From contig RPOR01000006.1 in NCBI GenBank assembly GCA_003820645.1, forward strand, positions 1 to 63,676: 63,676 nt of DNA, given 5' to 3'. Made by a program: the position numbers and the translations under genes. Source of the stretch: Betaproteobacteria bacterium (GTDB taxonomy: Bacteria > Pseudomonadota > Gammaproteobacteria > Burkholderiales > SG8-41). Positions 1 to 8,409 of the stretch are shown piece after piece (within the stretch, counting starts at the first letter, position 1; each line of letters begins with the position of its first letter). The notes under the pieces were generated by a model, which did not search any database, was not told the origin of the DNA, and was given only the letters and a program-made list of their open reading frames with translations.

Positions 1-53
1 GCCACTATGGTCGCAGCATTTTTTCCGAATTACACCACAACGGAGGAGTACCC

Positions 54-1019
54 ATGAAAAAGTTCATGCGGGCCGGCTTGTTGTCATTCGCTATCGCCTT
101 CGGTCCGGCAATGGCACAGCAGGATGAAACGCGTTTGTCGATCGGCACTGGCGGCACCGGTGGCGTCTGGTACCCGCTGGGCGGAGCAATGGCCAATATC
201 CTGACCAAGACCGTACCCAACCTGGCAGTCACCGCCGAGGTCACCGGCGGCTCGGTCGACAACATCAGGCTGATTGCCACCGGGCAGTCGAAACTCGGCT
301 TTTCGATGACGGACGCAGCATGGGATGCCCATCAGGGCCAGGGTAAATTCAAGGAAAAGATTACGCTGCGCACGCTCGCGGTGTTTTACCCGCAGAAAAA
401 CCATGTGGTCACGCTGGAAGGTACCGGCATCGAGAAAATGGCCGACCTCAAGGGCAAGCGGGTGTCCGTCGGCTCGCCGGGCAGCGGTTCGGAAATCATC
501 GCGCTACGCGTCCTCGAGGCCTACGGCATCAATGCCGACAAGGACATCATCAAGCAACGCCTCGGCGTGGCCGAAGCCGTCAACGCGCTCAAGGACCGCA
601 AGATTGATGCCTTCATCCACAATGCCGCGATACCGATCCCGGCGGTGGTTGATCTCGGAGCCACGCCGAATGTCCGGATCAAATTCATCGATCACAGCGA
701 CGCCGTTACCGCGATGAACAAGAAATACGGGCCCCTCTACAGCAAGGGTTCATTGCCCCAGAAAACCTACCCGGGACAGACCCGGGACGCTTCCACGGTC
801 GACGTCTGGGCCGTCTTGCTGACTGACGACAAGATGAGCGACCAGAGCGCATATACCATCGTCAAGACGCTGTTCGACAAAAAATCCGATCTGATGATGG
901 TCGCCAGGGATACGTCGCACATGACATTCGAGAACCAGTTCGCGGGCGCCTCACCCATACCGTTCCATCCCGGCGCGCTCAAGTTTTTTGCCGAAAAGGG
1001 TTTCAAACCCCAGCCATGA
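54..1019 (+). CDS. TAXI-family TRAP transporter solute-binding protein
   Basis: 321-aa ORF with a signal peptide (MKKFMRAGLLSFAIAFGPAMA). It has the TAXI hallmark N-terminus LSIGTGGTGGVWYPLGGAMANIL and C-terminal [23 protein letters not shown] at 42-48 lies 5 nt before the ATG. Confidence 0.9.
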   Translation: MKKFMRAGLLSFAIAFGPAMAQQDETRLSIGTGGTGGVWYPLGGAMANILTKTVPNLAVTAEVTGGSVDNIRLIATGQSKLGFSMTDAAWDAHQGQGKFKEKITLRTLAVFYPQKNHVVTLEGTGIEKMADLKGKRVSVGSPGSGSEIIALRVLEAYGINADKDIIKQRLGVAEAVNALKDRKIDAFIHNAAIPIPAVVDLGATPNVRIKFIDHSDAVTAMNKKYGPLYSKGSLPQKTYPGQTRDASTVDVWAVLLTDDKMSDQSAYTIVKTLFDKKSDLMMVARDTSHMTFENQFAGASPIPFHPGALKFFAEKGFKPQP

Positions 1020-1051
1020 TCAGCGCTGGCTGAGCCAGCGCTGATCTTTTT
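1018..1051 (+). terminator. Rho-independent terminator of the TAXI gene, embedded in the 3' codons of the convergent exonuclease gene
   Basis: Perfect 13-bp inverted repeat GATCAGCGCTGGC (1018-1030) / GCCAGCGCTGATC (1034-1046) with a 3-nt loop, followed by TTTTT (1047-1051). It starts inside the TAXI stop codon. Confidence 0.6.
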
Positions 1052-1724
1052 CCAGGCGCAGCAGGTCAGCCAGAGTAACGGTTCCTGCTGCAATCGCTCG
1101 TGCCAGCACCACCTGCAGCAACTGCGCCGTAGCCACCGCATCGGCCAGCGCGTTGTGCCGGGCATGATTCTCGATGCCCAGCAGCTGCGTCCATTCGTCG
1201 AGACTCTGCGGCAACGCTGTACCGCGCTGGTGCAGCAGGGCCGGCGCCAGATAGGCAAGATCCAGCCAGGTGTTCGACAGCGTATACCCCAGTACTTCGC
1301 TGCTGGCGCGATCGATCATCACCCGGTCGAAATCCGCATGGAAGCCGACCAGTGGCGCCTGTTCGGCGTAATCGAGAAACTGCAGCATCGCCGCCGCGGG
1401 TTCGAGGCCCGCAATCTGCGTGGTGCCATCGATGCCGTGAATCAGGATGTTGGCATTGGCACTTGCCTGTGGCTGGCGGAACACAACCTCGAAACCACTG
1501 CCCAGCCGCACCTTGCCTGCGCTCACCTCGACCGCCCCGATGGAAATCAGCCGGTCCACATAGGGACTGAGGCCTGTGGTTTCGACATCGGCCACGATGA
1601 ACCGCAATGTGGCCAGCGGCGTAACAGCGGTGGCGACAGGTTGCGCGCGATAGGCCGCCAGTGCCAGAGACTGCTCCGGGTGGAGCCGCGGTCCGCGCCC
1701 TAACCACCGCCGCAGCCAGTTCAT
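1020..1724 (-). CDS. DEDDh 3'-5' exonuclease (DnaQ / Pol III epsilon-like domain protein)
   Basis: Exo I motif FIVADVETTGL and Exo III motif HNALADAVATAQLL are present. I prefer the ATG at 1724 because the ORF-track start at 1757 is a TTG. That ATG lies 10 nt after the stop of the upstream NTase gene. Confidence 0.85.
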   Translation of the reverse strand: MNWLRRWLGRGPRLHPEQSLALAAYRAQPVATAVTPLATLRFIVADVETTGLSPYVDRLISIGAVEVSAGKVRLGSGFEVVFRQPQASANANILIHGIDGTTQIAGLEPAAAMLQFLDYAEQAPLVGFHADFDRVMIDRASSEVLGYTLSNTWLDLAYLAPALLHQRGTALPQSLDEWTQLLGIENHARHNALADAVATAQLLQVVLARAIAAGTVTLADLLRLEKDQRWLSQR

Positions 1725-1734
1725 CGCCGCCCGC

Positions 1735-3648
1735 TCATAGCTGGTAGTCGAGCGCAAGCCGGCTCTGCAGCTTGCGTGCCTGGAGGAAACTCTCCTTGAG
1801 GATGCGCCGATCGACTTCGTTCAGTTGCGCCGGATTGATCCGGTTCGCGCTCTGCGGCGTGGCGCCTGCGGCCATCTGGCCGTGAAGGCGCAGCGCCTGC
1901 AGGAAAAAGAAACCCTCGGTGATCGACGCAACCTCCTCCGCCGGCAGGTTCAGGATCGGCCCCGCCTGGCGCAGCCGCTGCGCGGTATTGGTATGCGCCA
2001 CGCCGGCGGCCAGCGCCAGCACGCGTGCGGCATCGGTGAACAGGCGCGCCCCCGCTTTTTTGAGGTCGATGGTGTCACGGAATTCGCCATCGTCGTCGGT
2101 GACGAAATCGCTGATCCGCCCCAGCGGCGGTCGTGTCTCGAGGGCGTATTGCGCGAGCTGGCGCTGGAAGCGGCTGTTGCCCTGCGCCAGCCCGAGCAGA
2201 TGGTCGCGCAAATTGTTCGCCAGCGCGGTCGCACCGTGCAGCGGCCGGAAATCGAAAAAGATCACCGCATTGAGCAACGCCCGCGGGTCGGTGTTGGCGA
2301 TCCAGCGGTCAAACTGCGTACGCCATTCTTCCAGACTCAGGCACCACGCCGGATTGCCGGCCATAATGTTGCCCTTGCACAACGGAAAACCGCAGGCGTC
2401 GAGATCGCGATTGACCGCTTGCGCGAACGGCAGGAGCCGCGCCCGCAATGCGTCGGGCGCGGCGCTGCCGGCATTGAACAGCAGCCCGTTGTCCTGATCG
2501 GAGCTGACGGTCTGTTCAAAACGCCCTTCGCTGCCGAACGCCAGCCAGCACCACTCGATGTCGTCGATTTCGAACCGGGTCTGCTCAATATCGAGGATCC
2601 GGCTCACCAGCGCATCGTTCAGCGTCGAAATGATCAGCGTCAGTTGCTCGGCGGCCACGCCCTGTCCGAGCATGTTGTGCGCCAGCCGACGGATGTCGGC
2701 TGCGACGTGCTGCAGTTCCTCGACAGAGTCTGCATCGGCTATCGTGCGATTGATCGCGCGCACACTGACCCGTTGCAGCGCAAACAGGTCGCGCTCGGTC
2801 ACCACGCCGATCAGGCGGTTGCCGTCGCAAACCGGAATGTGGCGGATGCCGCGATGGGCGATCAGCAGCGTCGCCTCATAAGCGCTGGCGTCCGCCGGCA
2901 GCGTCTGCGGATCGGGCGTCATGACCGTGCTGATCGGCTGGCTGAGATCGCCTTGCGCAAGCGCGACGCGATCCAGCACGTCGTGGCGCGTGAAGATGCC
3001 TACCGGACGTCCGGCTTCATCAACCACCAGCATCGAGCCGATTTTGCGGCTTTGCATGGTGCGCAGTACCTCGCCCACCGGTGTCTGCGGCGTACAGGTG
3101 ATCGCCGGGCGTGAAACCAGCGAGTCCAGCGTGCGGCTCATCGCCTGCTGTTCGCCGGTGGCCGAGGTGAAATTCATTTTGATCAGCCGCCGCGATTCGC
3201 GCAGCATGCTGGCGAGATAGCGCGTCGCGAACTCCCGGAACACGGGACTACGATTCAGCAGTTCCGGAAATTTGTCGGCAGGCAATTCATAGCAGAAGGT
3301 GTCGGTGGCCGCGGTGTACGGCGCGACCACCGGCCGTTTTTCGAGCAGCGCGCTGACCGAGAAACACTCGCCGGCACCCAGGCTGTGCGCGTGTGCATCA
3401 CCGCTCTGTGCGCGGTTGAACGGGACGACCTCGACCGTGCCGCGCTGAATGATGTAGAAAGTCTGCGGCTCGACCTGGGTTGGGTCCAGAATAACCGTGC
3501 CTTTGGGGTAATAGCCGAGGTCGAGGTTAGCGGCAAGAAACTGCAGCGCCGCCGCCTCCATTTGTGCGAACGGCGGGTATGAGGCAAGAAACCGCGTTGC
3601 GGCAGCAGCGAGCGCTGCCGCCGCAGTGCTCGCTGCAGGAGCGGCCAC
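1735..3648 (-). CDS. Cyclic-nucleotide-binding / tandem CBS / DUF294 putative nucleotidyltransferase signalling protein
   Basis: 637 aa. N-terminal cNMP-binding-like fold (YYPKGTVILD...YIIQRGTVEV...GAGECF). Two CBS modules follow (SRKIGSMLVVDEAGRPVGIFTRHDVL; GIRHIPVCDGNRLIGVVTERDLF). Then a GlnD/GlnE-like NTase core (AFGSEGRFEQTVSSDQDNGLLF). GTG start is preceded by GGAG at 5-nt spacing. Confidence 0.85.
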   Translation of the reverse strand: MAAPAASTAAAALAAAATRFLASYPPFAQMEAAALQFLAANLDLGYYPKGTVILDPTQVEPQTFYIIQRGTVEVVPFNRAQSGDAHAHSLGAGECFSVSALLEKRPVVAPYTAATDTFCYELPADKFPELLNRSPVFREFATRYLASMLRESRRLIKMNFTSATGEQQAMSRTLDSLVSRPAITCTPQTPVGEVLRTMQSRKIGSMLVVDEAGRPVGIFTRHDVLDRVALAQGDLSQPISTVMTPDPQTLPADASAYEATLLIAHRGIRHIPVCDGNRLIGVVTERDLFALQRVSVRAINRTIADADSVEELQHVAADIRRLAHNMLGQGVAAEQLTLIISTLNDALVSRILDIEQTRFEIDDIEWCWLAFGSEGRFEQTVSSDQDNGLLFNAGSAAPDALRARLLPFAQAVNRDLDACGFPLCKGNIMAGNPAWCLSLEEWRTQFDRWIANTDPRALLNAVIFFDFRPLHGATALANNLRDHLLGLAQGNSRFQRQLAQYALETRPPLGRISDFVTDDDGEFRDTIDLKKAGARLFTDAARVLALAAGVAHTNTAQRLRQAGPILNLPAEEVASITEGFFFLQALRLHGQMAAGATPQSANRINPAQLNEVDRRILKESFLQARKLQSRLALDYQL

Positions 3649-3665
3649 CGTGGGCTCCGCCGGGA

Positions 3666-4112
3666 TCAGCGCACGACGAGTACGGGGACCTTGCTGTGCG
3701 TGAGCACTTTTACGGTTTCGCTGCCGAGCAGCAACCCGGTCAGGCCGCGCCGACCATGGGATGCCATCACGATGAGATCACACTTGCGCTTTTTCGCAAC
3801 AGCAATGATCTGCTGGTATGGCAGGTCACTGGCAATGACCACTGAACCGGCTTTCAACTCCGCGCCTGCCACCCGCTTCTCGAGCCCGGCCAGCATTTTT
3901 TCGGCGCGCGTCTTGGCTTCCTTCTCGTAGCGGTCCTTGAATTGTGCGCTCATCGGCACCGCGAAGCTTTCATCGGCGACCATGCGAAATTCAGGCACCA
4001 CACTGAGGAGCGTGACCTGCGCACCGAGCGCTTTGGCGAGGGCAATTCCTTGCGTCACCGCGCGATTGGCGAGATTGGAGCCATCGGTGGGCAACAGGAT
4101 ATGTTTGTACAT
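3666..4112 (-). CDS. Universal stress protein (UspA family)
   Basis: MYKHILLPTDGS...LIVMASHGRRGLTGLLLGSETVKVLTHSKVPVLVVR is the classic Usp ATP-binding motif. The ATG at 4112 is preceded by GAGGAA. The longer ORF-track N-terminus is judged spurious. Confidence 0.9.
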   Translation of the reverse strand: MYKHILLPTDGSNLANRAVTQGIALAKALGAQVTLLSVVPEFRMVADESFAVPMSAQFKDRYEKEAKTRAEKMLAGLEKRVAGAELKAGSVVIASDLPYQQIIAVAKKRKCDLIVMASHGRRGLTGLLLGSETVKVLTHSKVPVLVVR

Positions 4113-4234
4113 GTGATTCCTCACTGGAAAAATTATTGGTTGTTCATTACGCCAACTGCGCACGCCAACTGCGAAACTGCCAATGCAAAAAGCGACGCGG
4201 CGAATCGAGAATAGCACGCGATGCGTGGCCGGGA

Positions 4235-4248
4235 TTGATCAGGATCAA
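4235..4248 (-). promoter_or_regulatory. Candidate FNR/Anr-type binding site (class II geometry) upstream of usp
   Basis: Perfect TTGAT-N4-ATCAA palindrome (TTGATCAGGATCAA). On the minus strand a TATTCT -10-like hexamer (4208-4213) puts the box centre about 40-41 nt upstream of the predicted TSS. The box is 123 nt upstream of the usp ATG. Confidence 0.5.
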
Positions 4249-4401
4249 GTTGTGGTGTGCACGCGCATCACCCACCGGCATGCGCTGGCCGGCACCACAG
4301 TGCGCCGACTGCGCCAGTCCAGAGCGCACATAAATACCAATTAATACAATAGGTTACAGATTACCGCCAAGTCAGAACCCGGCACAGCCCGGCGGGCAGA
4401 C

Positions 4402-4854
4402 TCAGTGCGGCTTGCTGGCGAGATGTGCCGGCACCGGCAACGCCACGACGTCGATGCCTTCGTCACGCAGCGCGTCGACTTCCTTGGGCGATGCAGTACC
4501 GCGGATGTGGCGTTCCGGGGATTCCTTGTAGTGAATTTTGCGCGCCTCTTCCGGAAATGCCCGCCCGACGTCCTCGGTGTTCTCGACGATGTGCGAGATC
4601 AGCTTGAGCATGCGCGCAGCGTCGAAATTGGCGTATTGCGCCGCCTTGTCACCGGCCTGGTCGCTGTTCCCTGCCGGCGGTTCGGCGCGCCCGGAGTTGA
4701 GTCGCGCGGCCGTGAGCAATCGAGTGATGTGCAGGCTGCCGCAAATCGGGCAACTCAGCAGTGTGTCCTTCTGCTGGCGCTCAAAATCATCACTGGAGGT
4801 AAACCAGCCCTCGAAGCGATGGTCGTTCTCACAGCCCAAGTCAAAAACAATCAT
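4402..4854 (-). CDS. DUF1178 family protein
   Basis: MIVFDLGCENDHRFEGWFTSSDDFERQQKDTLLSCPICGS is the N-terminal zinc-ribbon-like signature I associate with DUF1178. I use the start at 4854 because the longer ORF would overlap tRNA-Leu. Confidence 0.75.
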   Translation of the reverse strand: MIVFDLGCENDHRFEGWFTSSDDFERQQKDTLLSCPICGSLHITRLLTAARLNSGRAEPPAGNSDQAGDKAAQYANFDAARMLKLISHIVENTEDVGRAFPEEARKIHYKESPERHIRGTASPKEVDALRDEGIDVVALPVPAHLASKPH

Positions 4855-4887
4855 TTTCTTGCCAAATGGTGCCCATGACAGGCGGGA

Positions 4888-4972
4888 TGGTGGGCGAGAC
4901 CGGACTCGAACCGGCATGGCTTGCGCCGAGGGATTTTAAGTCCCTTGTGTATACCAATTTCACCACTCGCCC
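4888..4972 (-). tRNA. tRNA-Leu (anticodon UAA)
   Basis: Reverse complement reads GGGCGAG-TG-GTGAAATTGGTATACAC-A-AGGGA-CTTAAAA-TCCCT-long variable arm-GCCGGTTCGAGTCCGGT-CTCGCCC-A-CCA. Cloverleaf with a 7-bp acceptor stem and encoded CCA. Closely resembles E. coli leuZ. Confidence 0.95.
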
Positions 4973-5030
4973 CGTGAACCTTGAACGCGTCCGGGACCGG
5001 GCCTCACCGCAACTGGTAACTGCCTCATGC

Positions 5031-5104
5031 TGGAGGCGGGGGTCGGAATCGAACCGGCGTACACGGCTTTGCAGGCCGCTGCATGACCACTCTGCCACCC
5101 CGCC
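5031..5104 (-). tRNA. tRNA-Cys (anticodon GCA)
   Basis: Reverse complement reads GGCGGGGTGGCAGAGTGGTCATGCAGCGGCCTGCAAAGCCGTGTACGCCGGTTCGATTCCGACCCCCGCCTCCA. Anticodon loop is CTGCAAA, T-loop is TTCGATT, and CCA is encoded. Confidence 0.95.
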
Positions 5105-5162
5105 GCTGGAACTGAAAGGGGAAAACGGCTGGTTTCGATTTCAACCGTTTTCCCCGGGGATC

Positions 5163-5238
5163 TGGAGCGGGAAAGGAGGCTCGAACTCCCGACCTCAACC
5201 TTGGCAAGGTTGCGCTCTACCAACTGAGCTATTCCCGC
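5163..5238 (-). tRNA. tRNA-Gly (anticodon GCC)
   Basis: Reverse complement reads GCGGGAATAGCTCAGTTGGTAGAGCGCAACCTTGCCAAGGTTGAGGTCGGGAGTTCGAGCCTCCTTTCCCGCTCCA. Near-identical in architecture to E. coli glyW. Confidence 0.97.
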
Positions 5239-5298
5239 ATTGCTGTTGCTTCCAAGCCGCGCATTATAATTCAACCCGTTCCCGCCTCGCAACCCGCC

Positions 5299-5868
5299 CT
5301 AGGGCTGCGCCTTGGCCGCAACCCAGGCCATCTTCAGGTAATACCCCATCGAAACCAGGGTCAGCACCGCGGCAGCCCAGATCATCCAGGTGCCCCAGTA
5401 CTGGGGGTCAAACGTCCCGATCGGATCGCGATAGAGCAGCATCGGGATCGCAACCATCTGCGCCACGGTCTTGATTTTGCCGGCCATCGATACGGCGACA
5501 CTCTTGCCCTGGCCGATGGACGCCATCCATTCGCGCAGCGCGGAGATGGCGATCTCGCGACCGATGATGACCAGTGCGATTACCGCATCGACCCGCCCCA
5601 GCTGCACCAGGATGATCAGTGCGGCCGCCACCATCAGTTTGTCCGCCACCGGATCGAGGAATGCACCGAAGGCAGAGGTCTGGTTGAGCCGGCGCGCAAG
5701 CCATCCGTCCAGCCAGTCGGTCATCGCTGCCGCGGTAAAGACGACCGTCGCCACCAGATTCTGGGTTGCATGGGACACCCAGTTCTGCTCGAAGTAGAAA
5801 ATGCCGACAAACAGCGGGATCATCACGATCCGCAACCAGGTCAGCAGGTTGGGCCAGTTGAAATGCAT
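5299..5868 (-). CDS. pgsA: CDP-diacylglycerol--glycerol-3-phosphate 3-phosphatidyltransferase
   Basis: 189 aa and polytopic. CDP-alcohol phosphotransferase motif DWLDGWLARRLNQTSAFGAFLDPVADK. Conserved pgsA-tRNA(Gly-Cys-Leu) synteny. Confidence 0.95.
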   Translation of the reverse strand: MHFNWPNLLTWLRIVMIPLFVGIFYFEQNWVSHATQNLVATVVFTAAAMTDWLDGWLARRLNQTSAFGAFLDPVADKLMVAAALIILVQLGRVDAVIALVIIGREIAISALREWMASIGQGKSVAVSMAGKIKTVAQMVAIPMLLYRDPIGTFDPQYWGTWMIWAAAVLTLVSMGYYLKMAWVAAKAQP

Positions 5869-5905
5869 AGGTCCGCCGCTACGTTCAGCCAGCGTTTTTC
5901 CTCAT

Positions 5906-7708
5906 TCAGTGCAACGCATCGTAAATCCGTTCCGCCAGTGCGCGGCTGATGCCCTCGACCTGCGTCAGTTCTTCGACTCCGGCCGCAACCAGGCCGCGCA
6001 GGCCGCCGAACCGGGCGAGCAGCCGCTGGCGGCGCTTCGCGCCGACACCGGGAATGCCTTCCAGCGGTGACGTGCTCCGCGCCCGCGCCCGTCGCGCCCG
6101 GTGCCCTTCAATCGCAAATCGGTGCGCCTCGTCGCGGATTTGCTGGATCAGGTGCAGGCCGGGGTCGTCGGCCGGGAGGCGGAAGGCGCCATTCCTTCCC
6201 GGCATCAGCAGTTGTTCCATTCCCGGTTTGCGCGATGCGCCTTTCGCCACGCCGAGCAAGGGCACTTCGCTCAATCCCAGTTCCGTAAGCACTTCGATGG
6301 CCACGCCCAGCTGTCCTTGCCCGCCGTCGATCATCACCAGATCGGGCATCTTACCCTCCCCGGCGACGACTCTGCGATAGCGCCTGGTCAGTACCTCGCG
6401 CATTGCGCCGTAGTCGTCACCCGGCACCACGTCCTGCATGTTGAATCGGCGGTATTCGCCATTCTGCATCGTGCCCCGATCGTACACCACGCAGGAGGCC
6501 ACCGTCGCCTCGCCCTGCGTATGGCTGATGTCGAAGCATTCGATACGCTGCACGGTCTCCGGCAGCTGGAGTCCCCGCTGCAGCGCGGCCAGTTTTGCGG
6601 CATCACCGAGATGCTGCACTTTGCGCTGCCCGGCACCGAGTTCCGCGTTCTTGGCGGCCATCTGCAACCATACCCGGCGGTCGCCGATCGGGTTGGTGCC
6701 GATGTGCACCCGCCGCCCCGCGCGTTCGGACAGGGAATTCTGCAGCGCATCGGCCGCGATCGCCTCGCCGACAATAATCTGCGGCGGCACCGGGTGCAGC
6801 AGGTAATGCTGCGCGATGAACGCTTCGAGGATCTGCGCCGGCGTCGCGTCATCGGCATTCTGCGGGAAAAAATTCCTGTCGCCCAGGTGATGGCCGCCGC
6901 GAATCATCACCAGGTTCACGCAGCAGATGCCGGCGGCGATGCCGCAGGCAATCACGTCGGCGTCGCGCCCGGATTCGTCGCTGACATACTGGCGCTCACG
7001 CACCTTGCGCAATGCGCCGATCTGGTCGCGGTACACTGCGGCCTCCTCATACCGCAGCGCCTGTGCCGCCGCACTCATGCGTTCGTCGAGGCGATCGAAT
7101 ACCGCGTCCTCCTGCCCATTGAGAAACAATTCGGCGCTCTTCACGTCCTCGGCATAGTCCGCGGCGCTGATCAGGCCGACACAGGGCGCGGTACAGCGGT
7201 GAATCTGGTGCAGCAGGCAGGGTCGTGAACGATGGGCAAACACGGCGTCCTCGCAAGTGCGCAGCCGGAACACTTTCTGCAGCAATTGCATGCTCTCGCG
7301 CACCGCGCCGGCATTCGGGAACGGTCCGAAATGCCGATGTTGTTTATCGGGGTTGCCCCTGAAGAATCCGAGCCGCGGATAGGCGTGCCCGGAGAGCATC
7401 AGATAGGGGTAGGACTTGTCGTCGCGGAACAGGATGTTGTAGCGCGGTGCCAGCGACTTGATCAGGTTGTTCTCAAGCAGCAGCGCCTCCGATTCCGAGC
7501 GCGTGACCGTGGTTTCGATACCGGCGATCTGGGCCACCATCAGCCGGACCCGCGGCGACAGGGCTTCGCTGCGCTGGAAGTAGGAACTCACCCGCTTGCG
7601 CAGGTCGAGCGCCTTGCCGACGTAGAGCACCTCGCCGCTCCGGTTGAGCATCCGGTAGACGCCGGGCAGATTGGGCAGTCCCGCCGCGATTTCCGCTGGC
7701 CGCGTCAT
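5906..7708 (-). CDS. uvrC: Excinuclease ABC subunit C
   Basis: GIY-YIG N-terminus (LPNLPGVYRMLNRSGEVLYVGKA), a UVR domain and a C-terminal (HhH)2 domain. I use the ATG at 7708 (MTRPAEI). The 65-aa upstream extension in the ORF track has no UvrC similarity. Confidence 0.95.
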   Translation of the reverse strand: MTRPAEIAAGLPNLPGVYRMLNRSGEVLYVGKALDLRKRVSSYFQRSEALSPRVRLMVAQIAGIETTVTRSESEALLLENNLIKSLAPRYNILFRDDKSYPYLMLSGHAYPRLGFFRGNPDKQHRHFGPFPNAGAVRESMQLLQKVFRLRTCEDAVFAHRSRPCLLHQIHRCTAPCVGLISAADYAEDVKSAELFLNGQEDAVFDRLDERMSAAAQALRYEEAAVYRDQIGALRKVRERQYVSDESGRDADVIACGIAAGICCVNLVMIRGGHHLGDRNFFPQNADDATPAQILEAFIAQHYLLHPVPPQIIVGEAIAADALQNSLSERAGRRVHIGTNPIGDRRVWLQMAAKNAELGAGQRKVQHLGDAAKLAALQRGLQLPETVQRIECFDISHTQGEATVASCVVYDRGTMQNGEYRRFNMQDVVPGDDYGAMREVLTRRYRRVVAGEGKMPDLVMIDGGQGQLGVAIEVLTELGLSEVPLLGVAKGASRKPGMEQLLMPGRNGAFRLPADDPGLHLIQQIRDEAHRFAIEGHRARRARARSTSPLEGIPGVGAKRRQRLLARFGGLRGLVAAGVEELTQVEGISRALAERIYDALH

Positions 7709-7710
7709 GT

Positions 7711-8388
7711 TCAGCCGATATCGGTCTGCCGGTCGAGATAGCTTCTGATGTCCGCGAAGACCTGCCGGAACATCCCCGGCGTCAGGCGTCGCGTCTGCGT
7801 GTTGTAGCGGCTGCAGTGGTAGCTGTCGAACAACCTCATGCCCCCACCGAGCCGGTGTCTCGCGCCATGCGCAAACGGGAAATCGGCGATGCGCTCGTCG
7901 CATGCACGCAGCACGGCATGATGCGCCACCGTACCCAGCGCCAGCACAGCCGGCGGTGCAAGCGCCCGCAGTTCAGCGCGTAAGTAGGCGTTGCACACAC
8001 GGATCTCTGCGGGCGACGGCTTGTTCTGCGGAGGCAGGCATTTGACAGCATTGGTAATGCGGCACCCCTGCAGGACCAAACCGTCATCGGGTGCCACGGC
8101 GATCGGCTGACTGCCGAAGCCGTAACGGTGCAGCGTGTCATAGAGCAGGATGCCGGCATGGTCTCCGGTGAACGGGCGCCCTGTACGATTGGCGCCGTGC
8201 ATCCCCGGGGCAAGGCCGACGATCAGCAAACCGGGCCGGCTGTCGCCGAACGGCGGCACCGGGCGGGCGTGATAGTCCGGATGTTCCAGACGCACTTCGG
8301 CCAGATGCGCCGCCAGGCGCGGGCAGCGCGTGCAGTCGAGCGCAAACACCGGTGGCGACGAATTGCGTCCGGCGCCTGACAGTTTCAT
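7711..8388 (-). CDS. Uracil-DNA glycosylase superfamily protein (family 4/5-like, Fe-S type)
   Basis: Motif A-like GLAPGMHGANRTGRPFTGD and motif B-like DSYHCSRYNT. N-terminal CTRCPRL cysteines are typical of Fe-S UDGs. Confidence 0.8.
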   Translation of the reverse strand: MKLSGAGRNSSPPVFALDCTRCPRLAAHLAEVRLEHPDYHARPVPPFGDSRPGLLIVGLAPGMHGANRTGRPFTGDHAGILLYDTLHRYGFGSQPIAVAPDDGLVLQGCRITNAVKCLPPQNKPSPAEIRVCNAYLRAELRALAPPAVLALGTVAHHAVLRACDERIADFPFAHGARHRLGGGMRLFDSYHCSRYNTQTRRLTPGMFRQVFADIRSYLDRQTDIG

Positions 8389-8409
8389 ACGGCCATCGCC
8401 CCTGGCCGT

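Noticed and set aside
4334-4401. Possible terminator after DUF1178, or a small RNA in the 289-bp usp upstream region.
   Set aside because: Only weak 4-5 bp stems and no U-tract. No similarity to any RNA family I can recognise. The region is better explained as the usp promoter/FNR control region.
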